Shown here: positions 38,940 to 45,249 of the stretch, in pieces
How the letters are laid out: the number at the start of each line of letters is the position of its first letter
How positions within the stretch are numbered: position 1 is the stretch's first letter
Source of the DNA: a virus
Strand: one strand, 5' to 3'
Length of the DNA stretch: 45,249 nucleotides
IMG/VR virus record: IMGVR_UViG_3300045988_149840
Span: 1 to 45,249 of that record
Notes under the pieces: generated by a model
Seen by the model: only the letters and a program-made list of their open reading frames with translations
Told to the model about the DNA's origin: nothing
Databases searched by the model: none
Translations under genes and position numbers: made by a program

Positions 38940-39712
38940 TCAAACCCTCTCAAATATGCCTGCCAGTAACTTTCTGGAGTGCTGTGACATTTAGTAGCAC
39001 TTCGCAATCCTTCAACCATCTTAGCTACAAACCACTTTTTTACTGCGTGTTCATATGCTTTCCATATTCCCGGCCAACGTCGCATTGACTCCTCACGTTT
39101 ATGCACAACTCCCGGTGTTTTGCCAAGGATAAAAGGACAGACTACGCAGCCAATGCGATGAAACCCTTCGTCATACAGGGACGGATATGGTAACTTCCGA
39201 CTTTCGATGAACTCCCATACGACCCATTCTGGCCAGTTGAAGATTGGCTTATATGTCGTTTGCCCCATAAAGCTATCAATTCTGGGACGAGATGCCCGAC
39301 GTATCGACTCTTCGGCGCGTATTCCCATGATCCGATGTTTAAGGGGATGCTCACGCGCTGGTTCTTTTTTTAGCACGTCACAACACCAACGGCGGATTCT
39401 GAGCGGAGGAGCCTTCACTTGTATGGCCTTCCAAATTGTTGTCTTGGGATAGAGCCACGACACAGATGGATATTCACGTTTGATGAACTGGACGACTTCC
39501 GGTGGGTCGATGCCAGTGTATGAGTAAAATGCCTGATGCTTGATCCCTGCCATGCGACACAGCTTCAGTAATACAATACTATCCTTTCCGCCGCTAAATC
39601 CCAGAAAAAAGCCTTCCGGCGGTTCATTGTCACGCAGGAAGGCTATACTTTCGGCTATGTAGTCGGTTGTATCGTATCCGGGCAGTGAGAACTGCCGGAT
39701 GGCGTTTTTCAT
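38936..39712 (-). CDS. PAPS-reductase-like PP-loop protein
   Basis: The PP-loop is GFSGGKDSIVLL. The segments RIRRWCCDVLKKEP and GCVVCPF are also present. The ATG at 39712 forms an ATGA overlap with the upstream stop, whereas the track start is 39763. Confidence 0.85.
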   Translation of the reverse strand: MKNAIRQFSLPGYDTTDYIAESIAFLRDNEPPEGFFLGFSGGKDSIVLLKLCRMAGIKHQAFYSYTGIDPPEVVQFIKREYPSVSWLYPKTTIWKAIQVKAPPLRIRRWCCDVLKKEPAREHPLKHRIMGIRAEESIRRASRPRIDSFMGQTTYKPIFNWPEWVVWEFIESRKLPYPSLYDEGFHRIGCVVCPFILGKTPGVVHKREESMRRWPGIWKAYEHAVKKWFVAKMVEGLRSATKCHSTPESYWQAYLRGFE

Positions 39713-40056
39713 TCTTTCGGCTCCGTGAGTTCGTACAAGCGTTGTACTTTGCAGTGTGCGCATGATACCGTGTTATCCTCATCATACGGGCATTTTTCAT
39801 CTTCATACGGACACTCAAGCAGACAAGCCTCAAGTTTCAGCATCTTGATTAGCCTCGGCACGGAGTTGCACGCGGCGACGATGTAGGCGGTGTCTTTCAC
39901 AGCCTGCCCAAATTCATTGGACTTGCAATTTGCTATAACTTTTTCAGCCCCGTGCTGTTGTGCAACATATGCCCTTCCAGGGTTGATCCACGGCCCCGGT
40001 GTTGCCGCATCCCCCAACCGTTCAAGTTCATCAAGCCATTCCTGCGCTGTCATCAT
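39709..40056 (-). CDS. Ead/Ea22-like protein
   Basis: ATPGPW...DTAYIVAACNSVPRLIKML follows the pattern I recall for that family. Confidence 0.7.
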   Translation of the reverse strand: MMTAQEWLDELERLGDAATPGPWINPGRAYVAQQHGAEKVIANCKSNEFGQAVKDTAYIVAACNSVPRLIKMLKLEACLLECPYEDEKCPYDEDNTVSCAHCKVQRLYELTEPKE

Positions 40057-40301
40057 CCATCATCTCCCTGACGTACAGTCGTCATATATGTTTTAAAGAC
40101 TTTAACTTTTTCGATATGTCCGCATTTGGGGCAAGTGAAAATATCGCTTGCAGGAATAGCAAAATGGACAGCGAGAAGGAGCATAACAACGATAAGCCAC
40201 AGACTAGCGCCACGGCTAAGGAGAAAACCTAGCCACGCTATTGTCGCCAATGCCGATAAATTCGCAATAATGCAGAAAATGAATCCCATGTTATCTTTCA
40301 T
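40053..40301 (-). CDS. Two-TM membrane protein with a CPKCG zinc-ribbon tail
   Basis: Hydrophobic helices are followed by FTCPKCGH. Its start and stop overlap the neighbouring genes. Confidence 0.7.
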   Translation of the reverse strand: MKDNMGFIFCIIANLSALATIAWLGFLLSRGASLWLIVVMLLLAVHFAIPASDIFTCPKCGHIEKVKVFKTYMTTVRQGDDG

Positions 40302-40488
40302 TCAACACTTTCTCCCAAGCTTGTGGAGTAACGTCTGAACACCACACCTCTTTCGTGGGGCAATTTTCCGTTTCTTCGCCATACAGCGGGCATCGGGTAT
40401 AAAAAGATGCATTGGTTTTGCATATATACGCACGCGCAATGGCCTCTTTCGAGCACTGCATGAGGGATTCAAGCGTAGTCTCGTTCAT
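40291..40488 (-). CDS. Hypothetical Cys-containing 65-aa protein
   Basis: The ORF belongs to a tightly overlapping gene chain. Confidence 0.6.
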   Translation of the reverse strand: MNETTLESLMQCSKEAIARAYICKTNASFYTRCPLYGEETENCPTKEVWCSDVTPQAWEKVLNER

Positions 40489-40891
40489 TGTCTATTTCCT
40501 GCTCAACGGCGATACGTGCAAGGTATAGGTTACAAAAAGGGATACCTGCACATTTATCTATATCATGCCCGCATGGGCATACAGTCTCCCGGCAGCCGTC
40601 GGCATTGTACCAAGAGCAACCACGTGGACGGAGAAGTGTGCCGATTTCCCCTCTGCGGGCATTGCTTCCGGCGTGCTCTGCCAGCTTTGCCGCCACCCTC
40701 GCCTCGAATTCGGCGGCGTCACGGTAGTCAGAAGTGAGCATATCACATGCTTCTTTGCATTCTGTGCGGCACCACCTCCAACAAGCGCCACAAGGTGCAT
40801 CCTTTGTTCTTCGTTTCTCCAGCCATTTCCTTTCTTTTTCTGTCAGCATATTTTCCCTCGTGCTGAGTTCAATTTTTTCCAAATTCAGCAT
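40469..40891 (-). CDS. Cys-rich hypothetical protein, 140 aa
   Basis: It contains many CxxC-type pairs (CGACWRWCRTECKEAC, CPCGHDIDKC). Confidence 0.7.
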   Translation of the reverse strand: MLNLEKIELSTRENMLTEKERKWLEKRRTKDAPCGACWRWCRTECKEACDMLTSDYRDAAEFEARVAAKLAEHAGSNARRGEIGTLLRPRGCSWYNADGCRETVCPCGHDIDKCAGIPFCNLYLARIAVEQEIDNERDYA

Positions 40892-41228
40892 TTACTTCCC
40901 CGCCCTCTGCCCCATACGTTGCATTGACATCCTCCCCCGACTTCAGGCGGGGGAGGATGTCAAATCCAGCCTGATTTAGAAGAGAGTTGATACTCATTCC
41001 TCTAGGTTTTGTCTTCTCTATTGGCCACTCTATAGCAAGTCTATTCAGGACCTTTCTATCAATACCGCACATCCGTGCGAGTCCAGCTTCTGTCAGATAG
41101 GGGATACCGTTTTCAAGAACCCCCATCTCAATTCCATCGATTTCACATTGTTTTTCAACTTGGAAAAGACATCCTTGTACCATTTTGGGAGATGGGACTA
41201 AATCACGGTTATTTTTATCTAACGTCAT
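40869..41228 (-). CDS. Hypothetical protein whose C-terminal tail is encoded by the palindrome
   Basis: AAGGAA RBS; core GIPYLTEAGLARMCGIDRKVLNRL (HTH-like). The last roughly 30 residues read through the 40-bp palindrome and overlap the next gene. Confidence 0.65.
   Translation of the reverse strand: MTLDKNNRDLVPSPKMVQGCLFQVEKQCEIDGIEMGVLENGIPYLTEAGLARMCGIDRKVLNRLAIEWPIEKTKPRGMSINSLLNQAGFDILPRLKSGEDVNATYGAEGGEVNAEFGKN
40924..40963. repeat. 40-bp perfect palindrome, copy 2 (loop acttcagg)
   Basis: The arms are identical to 37182..37221 and the loop is its reverse complement. This copy lies inside the 3' part of ORF 40869..41228. Confidence 0.95.
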
Positions 41229-41402
41229 GTTTTTAATTCCTTTTTATATGGGCCTAAGTCCTACTTTTCGCCGTGTTGATTGATTTAAATGTATCTGTTC
41301 TTCCCGCTCCGGCGGGGACTTTCATTTGTACTCAACATAGATGATCACGCATCCGGAGGGCCGCCGTTCGCGCCTTATTTCGCGGAGGCGGGGCGGGGCG
41401 TG

Positions 41403-41654
41403 CTACGCTTTCTCAGCAATCCTTAGCTTGCTTGCTGGAACCGTCCATTTCCCCTCGTAGCCGTATACATTGACGTACATAGCCTTGCGGCCTTTCCCGA
41501 AATCACGGGGATACGGAGCACAGGATGCCGTCACGGTGACGGTTTGGCGTTCGCCGCCAATCTTCGCCCGGTAGAGGAAACGACGCCCCGGAAAAATTGA
41601 TGCCAAATCAGGACATTTTAGTCTGATGTCGGGGAGGGCGTCGGTGTTGGGCAT
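41403..41654 (-). CDS. Hypothetical protein, 83 aa
   Basis: The ATG at 41654 has a GGAGAA RBS. The track start at 41672 is a TTG. Confidence 0.6.
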   Translation of the reverse strand: MPNTDALPDIRLKCPDLASIFPGRRFLYRAKIGGERQTVTVTASCAPYPRDFGKGRKAMYVNVYGYEGKWTVPASKLRIAEKA

Positions 41655-41696
41655 GGCGTATTCTCCATACAACCGGTTTGAGCCGGGCCGGGGTGG

Positions 41697-42194
41697 TTAT
41701 TGTACTTGCAGGCTGTAGGTTTTCACTAGAGCGCATCCGGGGATGTGCAGACCTCCCTTGAGGGCTTCTTTGATCGTGGCCTTGTCCGGTTCCATCGTTG
41801 TTTTCGTTCTGCGGTACAACTCTGGAAGCTCTTCCGTTTGCGCCGTTACCGCTACAGCCTCAGATTCCCGAACGCTGATTGTGTAGGCATTTCCTGATAC
41901 TTTCTTGAGTCCGTTTCCTCTGAGAACGATAGTGTAGTGTTCCTTGAGCCATGCAAGGCGTGATTCCGCCGCCCTCGCCTTGGCTGCAAGGCGTCTGGAC
42001 TCCTCCTTGCAGGCTTCGGCAAGTGCCGACTGGATTTTCAAGAACTGCCCGAACCCATCCACCTTGTCGGCTTCAAGTTTAGCGAGTTCATCAATATAGG
42101 CGTCCATCGCCTCGCGCTGTTCCGGGGTAAGTTCTTCATCGGGAATGGAAAGCATCCCGGCGAGTTCTTGCTGAATTTCGTTGAAAGTCGGCAT
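41697..42194 (-). CDS. Gp157-family protein
   Basis: A GGAGGTG RBS is present. The coiled-coil N-terminus and the C-terminus EPDKATIKEALKGGLHIPGCALVKTYSLQV match the Siphovirus Gp157 pattern. Confidence 0.8.
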   Translation of the reverse strand: MPTFNEIQQELAGMLSIPDEELTPEQREAMDAYIDELAKLEADKVDGFGQFLKIQSALAEACKEESRRLAAKARAAESRLAWLKEHYTIVLRGNGLKKVSGNAYTISVRESEAVAVTAQTEELPELYRRTKTTMEPDKATIKEALKGGLHIPGCALVKTYSLQVQ

Positions 42195-42204
42195 GTTTCA
42201 CCTC

Positions 42205-42600
42205 CTAGAAGGGCACATTGTCCATGCCGGAAGATTCAGAGGGGAAGGATGAACCGGATTTTCCTCCATCCTTTTTGTCGAGGAATTGGATGCGCTGCGC
42301 TTTGATTTCCGTAGTGTAGCGCTTCTGTCCCTGCTGATCCTGCCATTCCCGTGTAGATAATGAACCCTCCACGAATACAAGGCTTCCCTTGCTCAAGTAC
42401 TGGTTGCAATGTTCAGCGGACTTCTGGAATACAACGACGCTATGCCATTCGGCCTTTTGCACCCGCTTCCCTTCCCGATCCGTGTAACTTTCGTCAGTAG
42501 CGACATTGAGACGGCAAATTGCCGCTCCGTTCTGGGAATATTTGAGTTCTGGATCGCGTCCAAGGCGTCCGATGATTTCAACACGATTGAGGCTAGCCAT
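42205..42600 (-). CDS. ssb: Single-stranded DNA-binding protein
   Basis: MASLNRVEIIGRLGRDPELKY...EWHSVVVF... is an OB-fold pattern. The acidic tail ends in DNVPF. Confidence 0.95.
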   Translation of the reverse strand: MASLNRVEIIGRLGRDPELKYSQNGAAICRLNVATDESYTDREGKRVQKAEWHSVVVFQKSAEHCNQYLSKGSLVFVEGSLSTREWQDQQGQKRYTTEIKAQRIQFLDKKDGGKSGSSFPSESSGMDNVPF

Positions 42601-43261
42601 TTTGTCCTCCGTTGATGGCGTTCAGAAATTCGGAAACATCCGCCTTCGTCAATTCACGGGAGCTTGCAATGGGGCGCCCGAAGAATCGTGAAAGTTCGGC
42701 AAGGTAATCCGCTCGGCTGTCACCATGCCGTTTGGTCAGATAAGACATGAGGGCCTTTGACTGCTCCGGCGTCATCGGGCTGGTATTTTCCGCCTTTGCC
42801 TTTGCGCGTTGCTGTGCGGCCCCGTTTTTGGGAGCGAGGTGATCCGTTTCGGCGTCTGGGTCAGGCATTTCCTCCGTAGGAATGCAAAACGTCTGGAACA
42901 TGGCGTATTTCATGGCAATAGACTGCGCCTTGGGTAACGCCTTGTCTCCGCTGTCCATCGCTTCGCCTACTGTCACACAATGAACGCTAGAACCGTCCTC
43001 AGCGTAAAACGTGAAACGCACCTTTGCGGTCACGTAAGCCATGATTGTGCCTTTGGCATTCGCCCGCTCCTCACGGGTCGTTTCCAGCACTTCCGGCACA
43101 CAGAACACGCCATGCTGTGACATGACTGGATGCAAGGCGTTGTAGACATCATCAATTCCTCGGAACTTAAACGATGCAAAACCACTGGTTTGTCTATCCT
43201 TACCGATTGAGCCACAATCACGCATAACTGCAATGATTGCACTGTAGATTTTCGCTTCCAT
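42593..43261 (-). CDS. erf: ERF-family single-strand annealing recombinase
   Basis: IYSAIIAVMRDCGSIGKDRQ...FKFRGIDDVYNALHPVMSQHGV...KAQSIAMKYAMFQTFCIPT follows the ERF pattern. Confidence 0.9.
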   Translation of the reverse strand: MEAKIYSAIIAVMRDCGSIGKDRQTSGFASFKFRGIDDVYNALHPVMSQHGVFCVPEVLETTREERANAKGTIMAYVTAKVRFTFYAEDGSSVHCVTVGEAMDSGDKALPKAQSIAMKYAMFQTFCIPTEEMPDPDAETDHLAPKNGAAQQRAKAKAENTSPMTPEQSKALMSYLTKRHGDSRADYLAELSRFFGRPIASSRELTKADVSEFLNAINGGQNG

Positions 43262-43294
43262 GCTTCATCCTTTCACCGCCCATCGGCGGGAACT

Positions 43295-43319
43295 AAAAAA
43301 GCCCCGGTTGTTCCGAGGC
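43295..43319 (-). terminator. Rho-independent terminator after IscB copy 2
   Basis: The minus strand reads GCCTCGG-AACAA-CCGGGGC followed by TTTTTT. Confidence 0.7.
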
Positions 43320-43320
43320 C

Positions 43321-44857
43321 TTCATCAAAAATCGGCGCGGAGACCCCTGCCTTCAGGCAGGGGAGGAAGCGCCGCCTCCTTTCTGAGTTCGGTTAAATAG
43401 GTCCTGCGTCTTTCGTGCAGGCGAAGCTTTTTGAAGCTGATGCCTGCTGATATCCGCGTTCCGTCAAGCTTTCGCACGTCGAAGCTGCCCGTTGATCGAC
43501 GGCCGAAGATGAAGGCCGTCTCGCCCTTGCAGGCGACTTTGTCGAAAAGACGAAAGCCCTTCACTTCGTACGGCGCCTGATTGCGCTTGCGAACGCCGCC
43601 TTTCAAGATCGAAAGCTTGTGAATCTGCCGGTTGTGACGGCGCGTCTGCTTTTGGTAGTAGAAACTGCCGAGCCGATCGGCCTTGAGGTTTCCGGCGATG
43701 CAGAAGGCGTCGGCGCAATGAGATTTCGCAATCCCGTGCTCGATGCGCGCATGCTTCGTCAGATAGCCGTAGGTATTGCGCACTTCCAGTTCCGGATGCG
43801 CCGCCTTCAGTCGATCGAGCACCTTCCATCGCATGATGCCCATGAAGGCTTCGGCTCTGAACGACGCGCCGCGCTTGATGCTGAGCTTGATCTCGCCGCG
43901 GTGAAGCGCCTTGTGGCACGTCTCGCAGAGCGTGATCAGATTGCCTGGCGAATCGCCGCCGGTGCGCCTGGATTCCAGATGGTGAACGTTGAGCACCGGA
44001 TCCTTCGACCTGCCGCCGCAGTGCCCGCAGACATGCCCGTCTCTGAAGAGCACGTATTCGCGGACATTCCAAAAGCCGAGCTGTTCGCCCTGCTGATAGC
44101 CTTTTCCGGAAATGTCGGGATTCTTCAGAAGCTGCATGTCGAAGGATGCCGTTTCGACAGTGATCTTCGTTACGGGAAGAATCCGCAGAACCGCCTCTAT
44201 GCGCGAAAGATGCGCAGCGATGCGGTTTTCCACCGACGGGGCAAGCCAGCCTTTGCGCTTGCTGCGGACGCGGTTGTCGAACCGCGGCGCACGATAGCGC
44301 GTTTTGCGGCTGCGGCGTGCGCGCCGCAAGGCAAGACGGGCTGACAGCAGATCGGTGATGTCCTGCCGGAGTTCGATCTCGGACGCATAGAGTTCGGCCT
44401 TTTCCGTCGAAGCGGAAAGACCGACATGCTTGTAACCGGCATCAACGCCGAGGCTCACCGGCTGCTTCGATTCGCCGCCGGCAGTCGTGAGCCGAATGGT
44501 GAAGGGCGTCCGCCTCGCCACTGCTGCTTTCTTCTCTTTCAGGAGAATGCGCGCCTTTGCCGCCGAACACGGCATCAGGGGCTTCCCCCGCATGTTCAAA
44601 ACAAATACTCTCAAGTTTTGTCTCCTCGGCCCGAAGGCCGGTAATGATCCTTCGCCAATGTTGGAAGGGGTTTCCTGCCGGCGGCACCGCTCCTACCTCT
44701 CAGAGCTTTTAACCGCCGACCGCAGAGCGCGGAACTAGGATCTACATTCCGCGATGCCTGTGTATTCCCAACCAACGTAGTCCGCATTCCTGCGGACTGA
44801 GGCTAGTCAACCAGAGGCTTTCCACAAGCCTCGGCCTTCAGGCCGGGGTAGTTGACT
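43321..44857 (-). mobile_element. IscB-only (TnpA-less) IS200/IS605-type OMEGA element, copy 2
   Basis: The span is delimited by similarity to 718..2255, and the flanks are unrelated. The upstream boundary abuts the stop codon of the pentapeptide gene. Confidence 0.6.
43325..44614 (-). CDS. iscB: IscB RNA-guided nuclease, copy 2
   Basis: Motifs seen:
- N-terminus NMRGKPLMPCSAAKARILLKEKKA.
- RuvC-I SLGVDAGYKHVGLS.
- RuvC-II ITVETASFD.
- HNH CGHCGG..NVHHLESRRTGGDSPGNLITLCETCH.
- RuvC-III KSHCADAFC.

The start is TTG, preceded by a GAGGAG RBS. Confidence 0.95.
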   Translation of the reverse strand: MRVFVLNMRGKPLMPCSAAKARILLKEKKAAVARRTPFTIRLTTAGGESKQPVSLGVDAGYKHVGLSASTEKAELYASEIELRQDITDLLSARLALRRARRSRKTRYRAPRFDNRVRSKRKGWLAPSVENRIAAHLSRIEAVLRILPVTKITVETASFDMQLLKNPDISGKGYQQGEQLGFWNVREYVLFRDGHVCGHCGGRSKDPVLNVHHLESRRTGGDSPGNLITLCETCHKALHRGEIKLSIKRGASFRAEAFMGIMRWKVLDRLKAAHPELEVRNTYGYLTKHARIEHGIAKSHCADAFCIAGNLKADRLGSFYYQKQTRRHNRQIHKLSILKGGVRKRNQAPYEVKGFRLFDKVACKGETAFIFGRRSTGSFDVRKLDGTRISAGISFKKLRLHERRRTYLTELRKEAALPPLPEGRGLRADF

Positions 44858-44873
44858 GCTATTTTTCAGCATC
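44615..44873 (-). ncRNA. omega RNA of IscB copy 2: scaffold 44615..44857 plus predicted guide about 44858..44873
   Basis: It has the same architecture as copy 1, with the identical core at 44683-44785. The predicted guide GAUGCUGAAAAAUAGC is the reverse complement of the last codons plus the stop of the pentapeptide gene. Confidence 0.85.
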
Positions 44874-45249
44874 ATCTTGCCAACAAGCGGCATCATGCGC
44901 CTTGATGAACTCGATTGCCGCCTTGTACGATTTCCCATAGTGAGAATCACCGTGTTCTTTTTCAACCTTCGCGGCAAATTCTTCGAGCGTACCGTAGAAG
45001 CAACCACAACGGACGTGGACAGTCCGTTCGGTCTTGGTCACATATGTAATTCCCTGTCGGGAACCGATAGGACCAAAGGATAGAATTTTACCTGCGGCAC
45101 CCCACAGGTCGGCACCCCGCAGGTCGGCACCCCGCAGGTTGGCATCCCGCAGGTTGGCATCCCACAGGTTGGCATCCCACAGGTCGGCACCCCGCAGGTC
45201 GGCACCCCGCAGGTCGGCACCCCGCAGGTTGGCATCCCGCAGGTTGGCA
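44859..45249 (-). CDS. Pentapeptide-repeat protein, C-terminal part (continuation of 150..1)
   Basis: The frame [15 protein letters not shown] is open from the window edge. It continues as ..[51 protein letters not shown]... to the TAG at 44861-44859. Track ORF 44859..45041 is only the part after the first GTG. Confidence 0.85.
45095..45249. repeat. 15-bp tandem repeat encoding pentapeptide units, right end of window
   Basis: About ten consecutive 15-mers. The last 55 nt duplicate positions 1-55. Confidence 0.95.

Noticed and set aside
45038-45235. Track ORF translating the 15-bp repeat as [15 protein letters not shown]...
   Set aside because: It is in the wrong frame. The frame giving ADLRG/ANLRD pentapeptide units is open through the whole repeat. 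That frame joins a proper RBS and ATG at 150 across the circular junction and continues into a conserved-looking C-terminal domain. The PTCGV frame has no such support.

Overview
The window looks like a complete, circularly closed tailed-phage genome. The first 55 nt are identical to the last 55 nt, giving a unit length of about 45,194 bp, and one gene reads in frame across that junction.

The plus strand carries these modules:
- Replication, 3.9-7.1 kb.
- Lysis cassette, 8.7-10.1 kb.
- Small and large terminase, 10.9-12.7 kb.
- A podovirus-type morphogenesis block, 13.8-33.7 kb: T7-like portal, scaffold, HK97-type capsid, tubular proteins A and B, collagen-like tail fibres, internal virion proteins and a 2445-aa polyvalent protein.
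- A five-gene accessory operon of unknown function, 34.3-36.7 kb.

The minus strand carries:
- An early operon that runs from a repressor/operator switch near 2.7-3.2 kb, leftward across the circular junction, down to 37.2 kb. It encodes Erf, SSB, Gp157-like, PAPS-reductase-like, Lar-like and Rha proteins.
- A reverse-oriented island at 7.2-8.6 kb.

The most notable content:
- Two diverged IscB plus omega-RNA (OMEGA, RNA-guided nuclease) modules without TnpA sit inside the early operon. Their RNA scaffolds share a 103-nt identical core, and the peripheral stems show compensatory changes.
- A roughly 450-nt ORF-poor, hairpin-dense leader lies directly behind an operator-controlled promoter and is a candidate large structured RNA.
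- A 40-bp perfect palindrome occurs twice with inverted loops.
- The unknown accessory operon starts with an HTH protein followed by a glycine-zipper repeat protein.

I found no integrase, TnpA, reverse transcriptase, tRNA or CRISPR array. All functional calls come from motifs read by eye; no database search or RNA folding was run.
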